DNA of 64,000 nucleotides, taken from positions 343 to 64,342 of the forward strand of contig JAFLCT010000001.1 in NCBI GenBank assembly GCA_017302335.1. Reading direction: 5' to 3'. Within the stretch, counting starts at the first letter, position 1. Each line of letters opens with the position of its first letter. The DNA comes from Caulobacterales bacterium. GTDB taxonomy: Bacteria > Pseudomonadota > Alphaproteobacteria > Caulobacterales > Caulobacteraceae. Below the pieces are notes generated by a model. The model was not told the DNA's origin and ran no database searches. It saw only the letters and a program-made list of their open reading frames with translations. Positions 44,186 to 53,703 of the stretch are shown here, in pieces. The translations under genes and the position numbers were made by a program.

Positions 44186-47164
44186 TCAGAACTTGTAGCG
44201 GGCGCCGAAATAGAACTGGCGACCGGTGTGGTGATAGACTGAGGTCGACTGACGGGTGTCGTCGCCGACCCACTGATGGTTCTCCTCGTCGGTCAGGTTC
44301 AGGCCCTCGAACGTCAGGGTGACCTCGTCGGTCAGCTTGAAGGTCGCCGAGGCGTCGATGTTCATCGTGTCCATCTTGCCCTCGACCAGGTTGTTGTTCC
44401 GGCCGGGGACGTTTTGCAGATACTCCTCGCGGAAGGCGGCCGAGACGCGGGCCGAGAACCGGTCATCCTCATAGTACAGGGTGCCGTTGTACGAGGTCGG
44501 CGACAAGTTGATCAGGTCGTTGGTCACATAGGTCGCGCACAGGGCGTCGTTGCAGTAGTCGATCTCGGACTCGACCTTCGTATAGTTGGCCTGGATGCCG
44601 AAATTGCTCAGGAAGCCCGGCAGGAAGGTGAAGGGCTGCTGATAGCCGATCTCGAACCCTTTCAGAGGCCCGCCCTCGGTGTTCACCGCGCTGGTCAACT
44701 GGAAGATGGTGGTCGAGGAGCAGACCCCGGTGCAATAGCTGGCCGCGAAGGCCGAGGGGTTCAGCGCCGTCAGTTGCTGATACTCCAGATCCTGGCGGAT
44801 GATCTGAATGTAGGTGTCGATGTCCTTGTAGAAATAGGCGAAGGACAACAGGCCGCCGTCACCGAAATACCATTCCACGCCCAGGTCGTAGGTAGTGGCG
44901 CGGAACGGCTCCAGATTCACATTGCCGATGCTGGCGGTGAAGTTCGGTCCCGTCGTCGACAGCGAGGTCGTCGGCACCAGATAGTTGGTGCCCGCCAGGG
45001 TGTTGCCGATCTGCGGACGCGCCATCACCTTGGCCACGCCGAAGCGCACGATGACATCCTCCATCGGCTCGATGGCGACGTTCAACGACGGCAGGGTGTC
45101 GTCATATTCATTTTCGCCGAACACCAGGGTGCCGCCGCCGGTCGAGCTGTAGCCCTCGGCGTACAGGCGGGTGTTCACCTGGCGCACGCCCAGATTGCCG
45201 CGCACCGGCATTCCGCCCAACACCAGATCGAAATCGGCCTGGAGGTAATAGGCCAGGTCAGTCTCTTCGATGGTGCGGTTGCCGCCGCGGGCGTTGCCGT
45301 TGGTGATGCTGGTCAGGGAGAAGTCCCCGCCCGCCACGCCGGTGTTGCAGTTGCAGTAGATGTTGAACAGGTTGGCGATGGCGCCCAGGTTGGGCCGCAC
45401 CCAACCCGTGTCGCCGCCATAGCTCAGACCCGAGCCGAAACCGGTCAGAAGGTTCGAGATGTCCGCCACCGTCATGCCGCCCGGCAGGGTCGGAACCACC
45501 GTCTCGTCGGTGCGGCGGAACTCGTAGGATTCGGACAGATAGGTCTTGTAGTTGATCCCGCCCTTCAGGGTCCAACCCTCGGCCAGGTCGAACTCCAGAT
45601 CACCTTGCAGGCCGGTGAATTTGGTGTCCACGCCATTGGGGCGGATGCGGATCTCCGAACGCGGCACCGAGGTGATGCCGGTGCCCAGGCTGGCGTCGCG
45701 CCAGGCCCAGTTGGCCGGATTGGCCACATCGAAGCCATAGTTGATGACCGGGGTGTTGCCATTGCCCCGGAAGTCGAACGAGTACCCCTGCACGTTCTGA
45801 CGATCCAGGGTGACCGTCGTCTGGACCGGGTTGCTGTAGTCCGACGTAGCCTGGCCCGCATAGAAGCGGCCGCGCAGGCGATCCGTGAACTGATGATCGG
45901 CGCTCAGGCTGACCTGGGTGAATTTGGTGCTCAACTGGTCGAAGCGGCTCTCGGAACGCACATCGACGTTGTTGAACAGGCCGTACACCAACATATTGTT
46001 GTCGACGGCGGCGTCCAGCACATGAATCTGGGTCTGCCCGCCGGCGGCCGCGTTGCGGCTGAACGACAGGGCTTCCAGGAAGTCTTCCTGACGGGTCGAG
46101 TTCAGCTTGGAGTACAGCACGTCCAGGCTGATGGTCGTGGCGTCCGACGGGCGGAACTGGAAGGCGCCGGTGACGCCCGTGCGCTCCTGATGATGGGTCA
46201 AACGGCCGTAGCGCGGCAAACGCGGGATATAGACGTTGGCCTGGTTGGCGATGTTGTAGGCGTTGACGTTTGAGGCCGTATTGGCCGGGCGCGCCACGCC
46301 AGTGGCGCAGTTGGTCGCCGACGAACCGGTCGAGGAGCTGTTCGACGGGTTCTGGGGCGCCACGCCCAAGGGGCTGCAAAAGCCGCCCGAGCCGCCCGTC
46401 CCCATGGCGTTTACCCAACGCACCGACGAGAAGCCCTCTTCGATCAGATCGCGCTCGCTATAGGCGATCGACATCAAGGCGCCGAACATACCGTCATTGA
46501 AGGTGTTGGAGATCAGCAAGGCGCCGCGCGGGTTCCACTGCTCGGACAGGTCGTTGTAGCCGCCCTGGATCGAGGCGGCGGCGGCGAAGCCGCGATAGTC
46601 GAACGGGCGCGCCGCTTGCAGATCGACGGTGGCGCCCAGCGACCCCTCTTCCGTCTCGGCCGCGGCCGTCTTGCGCACCTTGATCGAGTTGAACAGCTCC
46701 GAAGCGAAGACGTTGAAGTCAAAGCCCCGGCCGCGGTTGGCGCCGCCCGAGCTGTCGGTCGCGCCCGTGGTGGCCTGGGCCTCCATGCCGTTGATGCGGG
46801 TGCGGGTGAAATCCGACGACAGGCCGCGCACCGTAATCGAACGACCTTCGCCGGCGTCGCGGTCGATGGCCACGCCCGGCACGCGCTGGATGGCCTCGGC
46901 CAGGTTCAGATCGGGGAAGTCGGCGATGTCCTCGGCCACGATGGCGTCGACGAAGCCGGTCTCATTGCGCTTGATGTCCAGCGCGGCGTTCAGGCTGGCC
47001 CGGAAGCCGGTGACCACGACCTCGTCGACCGTGGTCGAGGGTTCCTGCGGCGCCGTCTGCGCGGACGCGGCGGCGGCCCCGACCGACAGGGCGATGGCGA
47101 GACCCGAGGTCCCGACAATCAGCGAGCGGCGCAACGCGCGGCTCCGCGAGCGAGTGACGTTCAT
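44186..47164 (-). CDS. TonB-dependent outer-membrane receptor
   Basis: Start trimmed to the ATG at 47164 (MNVTRSRSRALRRSLIVGTSGLAIALSVGAAAASA). Plug motifs (VDEVVVTGFR, RVPGV) and the C-terminal FYFGARYKF. Confidence 0.9.
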   Translation of the reverse strand: MNVTRSRSRALRRSLIVGTSGLAIALSVGAAAASAQTAPQEPSTTVDEVVVTGFRASLNAALDIKRNETGFVDAIVAEDIADFPDLNLAEAIQRVPGVAIDRDAGEGRSITVRGLSSDFTRTRINGMEAQATTGATDSSGGANRGRGFDFNVFASELFNSIKVRKTAAAETEEGSLGATVDLQAARPFDYRGFAAAASIQGGYNDLSEQWNPRGALLISNTFNDGMFGALMSIAYSERDLIEEGFSSVRWVNAMGTGGSGGFCSPLGVAPQNPSNSSSTGSSATNCATGVARPANTASNVNAYNIANQANVYIPRLPRYGRLTHHQERTGVTGAFQFRPSDATTISLDVLYSKLNSTRQEDFLEALSFSRNAAAGGQTQIHVLDAAVDNNMLVYGLFNNVDVRSESRFDQLSTKFTQVSLSADHQFTDRLRGRFYAGQATSDYSNPVQTTVTLDRQNVQGYSFDFRGNGNTPVINYGFDVANPANWAWRDASLGTGITSVPRSEIRIRPNGVDTKFTGLQGDLEFDLAEGWTLKGGINYKTYLSESYEFRRTDETVVPTLPGGMTVADISNLLTGFGSGLSYGGDTGWVRPNLGAIANLFNIYCNCNTGVAGGDFSLTSITNGNARGGNRTIEETDLAYYLQADFDLVLGGMPVRGNLGVRQVNTRLYAEGYSSTGGGTLVFGENEYDDTLPSLNVAIEPMEDVIVRFGVAKVMARPQIGNTLAGTNYLVPTTSLSTTGPNFTASIGNVNLEPFRATTYDLGVEWYFGDGGLLSFAYFYKDIDTYIQIIRQDLEYQQLTALNPSAFAASYCTGVCSSTTIFQLTSAVNTEGGPLKGFEIGYQQPFTFLPGFLSNFGIQANYTKVESEIDYCNDALCATYVTNDLINLSPTSYNGTLYYEDDRFSARVSAAFREEYLQNVPGRNNNLVEGKMDTMNIDASATFKLTDEVTLTFEGLNLTDEENHQWVGDDTRQSTSVYHHTGRQFYFGARYKF

Positions 47165-47254
47165 CAATGCCTCCTCCCATAGGGCACAGGACGCCGGGAT
47201 TCGCCCCGGTCTGTCATTTTTTGGAAGCGCCCCCCCTTGGCGGCCGCCCCGACT

Positions 47255-47268
47255 TGACACCGGTGTCA
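47255..47268. promoter_or_regulatory. LacI-type operator, perfect palindrome TGACACCGGTGTCA
   Basis: Lies in the divergent promoter between the TonB-dependent receptor gene and the pectate lyase gene. Confidence 0.7.
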
Positions 47269-47288
47269 TCATCGAGCGGAATGCTTTC

Positions 47289-47302
47289 TGACACCGGTAT
47301 CA
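47289..47302. promoter_or_regulatory. LacI-type operator TGACACCGGTATCA (13 of 14)
   Basis: Second copy, 34 bp from the first, in the same intergenic region. Confidence 0.65.
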
Positions 47303-47319
47303 ATCGAGAGCCTAACCCG

Positions 47320-48675
47320 ATGACAGCCGATCTGGCAACCCTCGCTATCCGAGGCCTCGCCGCGAGCCTCGCGACCTTGTCGCTCGCGGCCGCAGCTCCA
47401 TCGGCCCAGGCCGCGCAGTCGCTGGCCTTTCCGGGCGCCGAGGGTGCGGGGCGGTTCGCGCTCGGCGGGCGCGGCGGCGCCGTGTTGCGGGTGACCAACC
47501 TCAATGATTCCGGTCCCGGCAGTCTGCGGGCCGCCGTCGAATCGCGCGGTCCCCGGACGATCGTCTTCGATATCGGCGGAACCCTGACGCTCCAGTCGCC
47601 CCTGACCATTCGCCAGGGGCGCGTCACCCTGGCGGGCCAGACGGCGCCGGGCGGCGGGATCACCCTGCGCGGCCAGCCGTTGGTCGTGGCCGCCGACGAT
47701 GTGATCGTGCGTCATCTGCGCGTCCGCCTGGGCGACGAGACGGGGGTTCAGGAAGACGCCGTCTCCATCACGCGCGGGAACCGCATCATCCTGGACCACA
47801 TCTCGGCCTCATGGTCGGTGGACGAGACCCTGTCGGCCGGAAGCCGCTACGACCCGCCCGAGCGCGGCATCTACGACGTCACCGTTCAGTGGAGCCTGAT
47901 CGCCGAGTCCCTGAACGCCTCCAACCACGCCAAGGGCGAACACGGCTATGGCTCTCTGGTGCGTGGCGGCCACGGCGCGCGCATGACCTTCCACCACAAC
48001 CTCTGGGCCAGCCACCACGCGCGGATGCCGCGCCCCGGCAACTACAATCCGCCCGCCATCGATCCCCAGGGACCGCGCTTCGAGTTCCGCAACAACCTGT
48101 TCTACGACTGGGGCGGCTCCCACTCCGGCTACAACGCCGACACCGACAGCCTGTCGACCTATGCCTTCATCGCCAATGCCTACGTCCCCGGCCCGGATTC
48201 GACCGGCCGCTGGGCCTTCGAGGAATCGGACCCCCTGGCCCGCGCCTGGTTCGAGGTCAACAGCATGGACGGCGTCGTGCCCGCCGATCCGTGGAGCCTG
48301 GTCAAGGACGGTGATCGGCCCGGCTATCGCCTGCCCGCGCGCCCCGACTGGGCCGACCCCGCTACCGAGACGGCTGCCGAAGCCGAAGCCTCGGTCCTGT
48401 CCGGCGTCGGCGCCCGGAACCGCGACAGCGTCGATCAACGCATTCTGGACGGCGTCCGCGCCCGCTCGGGCCGCATCATCGACAGTCAGACCGACGTCGG
48501 CGGCTGGCCCGACCTGGCCCCCGGCCGGCCCTGGGTCGACGCCGACCGCGACGGAATGCCCGACGCCTGGGAGAGCGCCCATGGCCTGAACCCCGCCGAC
48601 CCTGTCGACGGCCCTGCGGACCCCGACGGCGACGGTTTCACCAACCTCGAAGACTGGTTGAACAGTCTCGCATAG
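47320..48675 (+). CDS. Pectate lyase (PL1-like), exported
   Basis: Signal peptide; FPGAEGAGRFALGGRGG...VTNLNDSGPGSLR...RIILDHISASWSVDE. The C-terminus carries calcium-binding-type repeats (DADRDGMPD, DPDGDGFTN). Confidence 0.8.
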   Translation: MTADLATLAIRGLAASLATLSLAAAAPSAQAAQSLAFPGAEGAGRFALGGRGGAVLRVTNLNDSGPGSLRAAVESRGPRTIVFDIGGTLTLQSPLTIRQGRVTLAGQTAPGGGITLRGQPLVVAADDVIVRHLRVRLGDETGVQEDAVSITRGNRIILDHISASWSVDETLSAGSRYDPPERGIYDVTVQWSLIAESLNASNHAKGEHGYGSLVRGGHGARMTFHHNLWASHHARMPRPGNYNPPAIDPQGPRFEFRNNLFYDWGGSHSGYNADTDSLSTYAFIANAYVPGPDSTGRWAFEESDPLARAWFEVNSMDGVVPADPWSLVKDGDRPGYRLPARPDWADPATETAAEAEASVLSGVGARNRDSVDQRILDGVRARSGRIIDSQTDVGGWPDLAPGRPWVDADRDGMPDAWESAHGLNPADPVDGPADPDGDGFTNLEDWLNSLA

Positions 48676-48702
48676 CCGCCCCTGGGGTGAGGGATCGTGA
48701 AC

Positions 48703-49449
48703 TCACCGCGCCAGCCAGCCCCCATCCACCGGCAGGATGGTCCCGTGCACATAGGCCGCCGCATCACTGGCCAGGAACACCGCCGCCCCCGCCAGATCCG
48801 ACGGATCGCCCCATCGTCCGGCCGGGATTCGGGCCAGGATGTCGCGGTTGCGGGTCTCGTCGGCGCGCAGGGCCTCGGTGTTGTTGGTGGCGAAATAGCC
48901 GGGCGCAATGCCGTTGACGTTGATCCCCCTGGCCGCCCACTCGCAGGCCAGAAGGCGCGTGATCCCCGCCAGGCCGCTTTTCGACGCCGTATAGGACGGC
49001 ACCCGTATGCCGCCCTGGAAGGACAGCATCGAGCAGATATTGATGATCTTGCCGCCACGCCCGGCCGCGACCCAGGTCCGCGCCACGGCTTGCGACAGGA
49101 AGAAGGCCGACTTCAGATTGGTGTCGATCACCGCGTCCCAGTCGGCCTCGGAAAAATCCAGGCTGTCGGCGCGGCGGATGATGCCGGCGTTGTTGATCAG
49201 CACATCGACCAGCCCGGCCTGGGCCACGATCTCGGCGATCGGCGCGATCGACGACAGGTCGGCGCTGATGGCCTTAAAGCCCCGACCCAGCGCTTTCACT
49301 GCGGTCTCGGTCTCGGTCGGGACCGAGCGGCCCACGGCCACGATGTCGGCCCCGGCCCCGGCCAACCCCACGGCGATCGCCTGGCCCAGCCCGGTGTTGG
49401 CGCCGGTCACAAGGGCCGTCCGGCCCGTCAGGTCGAAAGAGATGCTCAT
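48703..49449 (-). CDS. kduD: 2-dehydro-3-deoxy-D-gluconate 5-dehydrogenase (SDR)
   Basis: Start trimmed to the ATG at 49449 (MSISFDLTGRTALVTGANTGLGQAI). YTASK catalytic motif. C-terminal GTILPVDGGWLAR. Confidence 0.85.
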   Translation of the reverse strand: MSISFDLTGRTALVTGANTGLGQAIAVGLAGAGADIVAVGRSVPTETETAVKALGRGFKAISADLSSIAPIAEIVAQAGLVDVLINNAGIIRRADSLDFSEADWDAVIDTNLKSAFFLSQAVARTWVAAGRGGKIINICSMLSFQGGIRVPSYTASKSGLAGITRLLACEWAARGINVNGIAPGYFATNNTEALRADETRNRDILARIPAGRWGDPSDLAGAAVFLASDAAAYVHGTILPVDGGWLAR

Positions 49450-49487
49450 ATCGGGGCCGTCCGGGTCCGCTGCGAATTGCGCCCATA

Positions 49488-49501
49488 GGTAACCGGTGTC
49501 A
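49488..49501. promoter_or_regulatory. LacI-type operator, degenerate copy GGTAACCGGTGTCA (11 of 14)
   Basis: Lies in the divergent promoter between kduD and the RpiB-family gene. Confidence 0.45.
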
Positions 49502-49557
49502 TATACCCATGCAAACGAGGAGCGGCCCGCCCCCTCGATCCGCTCCGAGACATCGCC

Positions 49558-50202
49558 ATGAAAATCGCCCTCATCACCGAAAACAGCCAGGCCGCCAAGA
49601 ACGGGATCATCCACGACGCCCTGACGGCGGTCGCCGAGCCGCTCGGCCATCAGGTCTTCAACTACGGTATGTACACGCCCGAGGACAAAGCCTCGCTGAC
49701 CTATGTCATGAACGGCCTGCTGGCGGGCATCCTGATCAATTCCAGGGCGGCCGATTTCGTGGTCACCGGCTGCGGCACCGGCATGGGGTCCATGCTGGCC
49801 TGCAACGCCATGCCGGGCGTCTTCTGCGGCCTGATCATCGACCCCACCGACGCCTTCCTGTTCGGCCAGATCAATGACGGCAACGCCATCTCCATGCCCT
49901 ACGCCAAGGGGTTCGGCTGGGCCGCCGAACTGAACCTTCAGGACGTCTATCGGAAGCTGTTCGAGGGCGAGCGCGGCCTGGGCTATCCCAAGGAGCGGGC
50001 CGAGATCATGGCGCGCAACCGGGGCATCCTGAAATCGCTGAAGGCCGTGACCTGCTACGATATGCTGACGGTGCTGAAGTCGGTCGATCAGGACCTGCTG
50101 AAGGCCGCCGTGGCTGGCGAACGCTTTGCCGAATACTTCTTCGCCAACGCTCAGGACGAGGCCATCCGCGCCTATATCGAGGGCGTGGTCGCCGCCGCCT
50201 AG
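49558..50202 (+). CDS. RpiB/LacA/LacB-family sugar isomerase (possible KduI substitute)
   Basis: MKIALITENSQ...VVTGCGTGMGSMLACN, the typical RpiB-fold core. Divergent from kduD. Confidence 0.7.
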   Translation: MKIALITENSQAAKNGIIHDALTAVAEPLGHQVFNYGMYTPEDKASLTYVMNGLLAGILINSRAADFVVTGCGTGMGSMLACNAMPGVFCGLIIDPTDAFLFGQINDGNAISMPYAKGFGWAAELNLQDVYRKLFEGERGLGYPKERAEIMARNRGILKSLKAVTCYDMLTVLKSVDQDLLKAAVAGERFAEYFFANAQDEAIRAYIEGVVAAA

Positions 50203-50229
50203 ATCGCCGGAAACCGGCGGCGGCGCCTG

Positions 50230-51270
50230 TCACGCCCGTGGCGGCGCCGCCGAATCCCGCACCACCAGCGACGGCATGATCTCCGGCTGATCCAGGGTCG
50301 CCGGGTCCAGGCCCCGACTGCGGGCTGTCAGCTTCTCGGCCGCCATCCGTCCCATGTCGCGCACCGGCAGGCGCACCGTGGTCAGATTGGGCCACACCCG
50401 CGACGCCATCGGCAGGTCGTCGAAGCCGACGATCGACAGGTCGAACGGCACGTCCAGGCCCCGGTCGCGCGCCGCCTTCATCACCCCGATGGCCATCTCG
50501 TCATTGCCGGCGAAGATAGCGGTCGGCGGGTTCGGCGCCGACAACAGGTCCGCCGCCGCCTCGACCCCGGATTTGAAGGTATAGGCCCCGCGCCGCACAC
50601 AGGCCGGGTCCAGCGTAAGCCCATGCTCGGCCAGCCCGGCCTCGAAGCCCCTGCCCCGCTCGTGCGACGAACGGAAGCTGTCGGGACCCGAGATGAAGGC
50701 CACCCGCGTGTGGCCCAGTTCGGCCAGATGCCGCGCGGCCTCGGCGGCGCCGCGACTGTCGTTGGTGACCACCATGCGCGCCGGTTCGTCCAGCGACACC
50801 GAGGCGATCCGCACATAGGGACAGTCGGCCGCGCGCAGCAGGGCCACCACCCGCTCGTCCTCGGACACCGAGGGCGGCATGACCACGCCGAACAGCTTCT
50901 GGCGCACCACGAAACCCTCGACATCGGCCAGGAAATTCTCCGAGGCCCGGTTGCACGGGTGCACCACCAGCTCCAGTCCCGAGCCTCGCACCGCGTCCAG
51001 CACCCCCTGCTGCATATTCACGACATAGTTCGGGCTGGGGTTGTCGTAGATCATCCCGACCAGGAACGACCGACGGAAGGCCAGGCCCCGCGCCTGGGGA
51101 TCGGGGGTGAAGCCCGCCTCGGCGATCACCGCCTCGACCTTGGCGCGGGTCTCCTCGCGCACGAAGGGCGAGTTGTTGATGACCCGGCTGACCGTCTTCT
51201 TGGACACGCCCGCCAGGCGCGCCACGTCGTTGATGGTCGCGGGCTTGCCGCTGCGTTTCGGGTCGCTCAA
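50230..51270 (-). CDS. LacI-family transcriptional regulator
   Basis: N-terminal HTH ATINDVARLAGVSKKTVSRVINN plus a periplasmic-binding-protein-like core. TTG start. Confidence 0.9.
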   Translation of the reverse strand: MSDPKRSGKPATINDVARLAGVSKKTVSRVINNSPFVREETRAKVEAVIAEAGFTPDPQARGLAFRRSFLVGMIYDNPSPNYVVNMQQGVLDAVRGSGLELVVHPCNRASENFLADVEGFVVRQKLFGVVMPPSVSEDERVVALLRAADCPYVRIASVSLDEPARMVVTNDSRGAAEAARHLAELGHTRVAFISGPDSFRSSHERGRGFEAGLAEHGLTLDPACVRRGAYTFKSGVEAAADLLSAPNPPTAIFAGNDEMAIGVMKAARDRGLDVPFDLSIVGFDDLPMASRVWPNLTTVRLPVRDMGRMAAEKLTARSRGLDPATLDQPEIMPSLVVRDSAAPPRA

Positions 51271-51321
51271 GCCGTCCGCCCTCTCGTCGAACGTCCTGTC
51301 TAGCCTCGCCGTTGAGTCGTG

Positions 51322-52698
51322 TCAGGTCCCCCGCCGCTGGGCTGGACGATCCAGCACCGCGTCGCGCAGCGGCGTCATGAAACGCAGGTCCCAGTCCTCG
51401 GGATTGAAGGGTTTGCGCGTCGGCTCCGCGACTGCCGGATAGCCGCCGACCTCGCGCTCATTGTCGATGATCTCGCCGCGCCCCTCGGCCACCTCGGCGA
51501 TCAGCAGCACGTCGCGCATATCGCGATCCCAGGGCCGCGCGCCGGCCTGGCTCAGCACAGAGACCTGCACCTGTTGCGCGGGCATGGGGTTCAGTCCGTC
51601 CCACCACACCGGCGGCCGCCGCGTCTCGATGATCCGCGCGCCCGTGGTCGTATAGCTGCCCAGCATCCGCAGCGGCTCGCCCACGGCGTCCACGGCGATG
51701 TTGTCGCGGCCATAGTATTCCAGATCCCCGGCCCCGCCGATCATCAGGAAGGCGACGCGGTCCAACGGCGTCGACGGCCCGGCGCGCAGCACATTGCCGA
51801 CCGCCGTCATCTTGCCGACCTCATAGGGGTGGGCCAGCCACTCCTCGGGCGCCAGGTTGTAGTGAATGGCGCGCGGGCCGGGATCATAGATCAGGTTGTT
51901 GACGATCACCCCATGCACCCCGCCCTTGAACAGCGGGTTCCGCTCGTAGTTGTGGGCGTACAAATTGCCCACGATTAGCAGGCCGCTGACGTTGTCGTGG
52001 ATCAGCGATCCCTTGGAATGCTCGCCCTTGGAATGGGTCGCATAGGCCAGGCTCTCGCCGATCAGATTGTTCGAGAAGGTGATGTTGTGGCTGGTGCCCT
52101 GACGCCATTCCTCGGGCGTCGCGCCAGTGAAGCGCGGGCCGGACGCCGACAGGTTCTCGTCGGTCGCCCAGGTCAGGCTGCAATGATCGATGATGACGTC
52201 GTGGGCCGCCACGGTCGAGATGCCGTCCTCGTCCCAGCCGCTCATCCATTCGCCGCCCGCCGAACCGGGGCGGATGCGGATGTGCTGCACGATCACGTCG
52301 TGGCCGGCGATGTCCATGCCGCCCCGGATCAGGGTGATCCCCGGCGAAGGCGCCGTCTGTCCGGCGATGGTGATGTAGGGGTTTTGCAGTTTCAGCGTCT
52401 TCTTGCCCAGGTCGATGACCCCGCCGACTTCGAACACGACAATGCGCGGCCCCTCGGCCTCGATGGCGGCGCGCAGACTGCCTTCGCCCTCGCTGTTCAG
52501 ATTGGTGACGCGAATGATGCGCCCGCCGCGCCCGCCCGGCGTCCGCGCCGCCCAGCCCAGGGCGCCGGGAAAGGCCGGCAGGGCCGCCTCGGCCGCAGGC
52601 GTCGCATCCTGAGCCTCGGCGCGGTCCATGGAGACCAGGCTCAGCCCGAAGACGGCGGCGGCGGTCGCCACGGCGGCGAGAAGACGGGATCGAGTCAT
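51322..52698 (-). CDS. Pectate lyase (PL1-like), exported, paralogue of 47320-48675
   Basis: Start trimmed to the ATG at 52698 (MTRSRLLAAVATAAAVFG). RVTNLNSEGEGSLR...DVIIDHCSLTWATDENLS. Confidence 0.8.
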   Translation of the reverse strand: MTRSRLLAAVATAAAVFGLSLVSMDRAEAQDATPAAEAALPAFPGALGWAARTPGGRGGRIIRVTNLNSEGEGSLRAAIEAEGPRIVVFEVGGVIDLGKKTLKLQNPYITIAGQTAPSPGITLIRGGMDIAGHDVIVQHIRIRPGSAGGEWMSGWDEDGISTVAAHDVIIDHCSLTWATDENLSASGPRFTGATPEEWRQGTSHNITFSNNLIGESLAYATHSKGEHSKGSLIHDNVSGLLIVGNLYAHNYERNPLFKGGVHGVIVNNLIYDPGPRAIHYNLAPEEWLAHPYEVGKMTAVGNVLRAGPSTPLDRVAFLMIGGAGDLEYYGRDNIAVDAVGEPLRMLGSYTTTGARIIETRRPPVWWDGLNPMPAQQVQVSVLSQAGARPWDRDMRDVLLIAEVAEGRGEIIDNEREVGGYPAVAEPTRKPFNPEDWDLRFMTPLRDAVLDRPAQRRGT

Positions 52699-52780
52699 GG
52701 CGTCCTTCCTATCGCACCGTCGCCGTTCACCGCGACGTCTGCCTGTTTGTCGATGGATCATGCCTCGACGGAAATGAAAT

Positions 52781-52794
52781 TGACACCGGTTTCC
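52781..52794. promoter_or_regulatory. LacI-type operator TGACACCGGTTTCC (12 of 14)
   Basis: Lies in the divergent promoter between pectate lyase 2 and the hydratase-TRAP operon. Confidence 0.55.
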
Positions 52795-52887
52795 TTCCTG
52801 CGCAATCTCCCCGCCAACGGGAGGAAGCGTGAAACACGCCATCGTCAGAATTCAGGCGTCGGCTTCGGCCGGGCAAGACGTGTCGGC

Positions 52888-53703
52888 ATGAGCCTGACCG
52901 TCGCCGATCCCCGCGCGTCCGCCGCCCAGATCGCCGCCGCCCTGGTGGCCGCACGACGCGGCGCCTGGGCCATCGAACCCTATCCCGGCGTCATGCCCGC
53001 CGACCTGGTCTCGGCCTATGCCGTGCAGGACGAGGCCATCGCCGCCTGGCCGGATCGCGTCTCCGGCTGGAAGCTGGGCCGCATCCCGCCGCCGCACGAC
53101 GCCGCCTTCGGAGCGGGGCGTCTGGCCGGGCCGATCTTCGCCCGCAACATCTGGCGCGCGGGTCCCCTCCCGACATCCTTCGGCGTGATCGAAAACGGCT
53201 TCGCGGCGGTCGAGGCGGAATATGTCTTCGAGATCGGCGAGACCGCGCCCGACCGTGACGGCTGGACGGTCGACGCGGCCCGGTCCCTGGTCGCCCGTGT
53301 CCTGACGGGGGTCGAGATCGCCGGCAGCCCCTTCGCCGGCATCAACGACAACGGCCCGGCGGTCACCGCCTCGGACTTCGGCAACAACGCCGGTCTGATC
53401 CTGGGCGAAACGATCCCGGACGGGCTGGATCGATTGATGGATCTGCGTTGCCGGATGCGTGTCGACGGCCGCGTCGTCGGCGTGGGCGGGGCCGAGGTCA
53501 TCCCCGGCGGCCCGCTCGATTCCCTGGCTTTCCTGCTGAACCTGTTGCACACGCGCGGACGGCGGCTGGAGGCGGGCCAACTGGTGTCCACCGGCGCGGC
53601 CACCGGCGTGCATCGCATCCACGCCGGCCAGTCGGCCGAGGCGGACTTCGGACCTGATGGAACCATCACCTGCCTGGCCGTCAGGGCGGAGCCTGTGACA
53701 TGA
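52888..53703 (+). CDS. 2-keto-4-pentenoate hydratase / FAH-family protein (MhpD-like)
   Basis: This is the C-terminal 271 codons of ORF 51997..53703, starting at the ATG at 52888. Motifs SAYAVQDEA...GWKLG...VEAEYVFEIG. Confidence 0.7.
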   Translation: MSLTVADPRASAAQIAAALVAARRGAWAIEPYPGVMPADLVSAYAVQDEAIAAWPDRVSGWKLGRIPPPHDAAFGAGRLAGPIFARNIWRAGPLPTSFGVIENGFAAVEAEYVFEIGETAPDRDGWTVDAARSLVARVLTGVEIAGSPFAGINDNGPAVTASDFGNNAGLILGETIPDGLDRLMDLRCRMRVDGRVVGVGGAEVIPGGPLDSLAFLLNLLHTRGRRLEAGQLVSTGAATGVHRIHAGQSAEADFGPDGTITCLAVRAEPVT

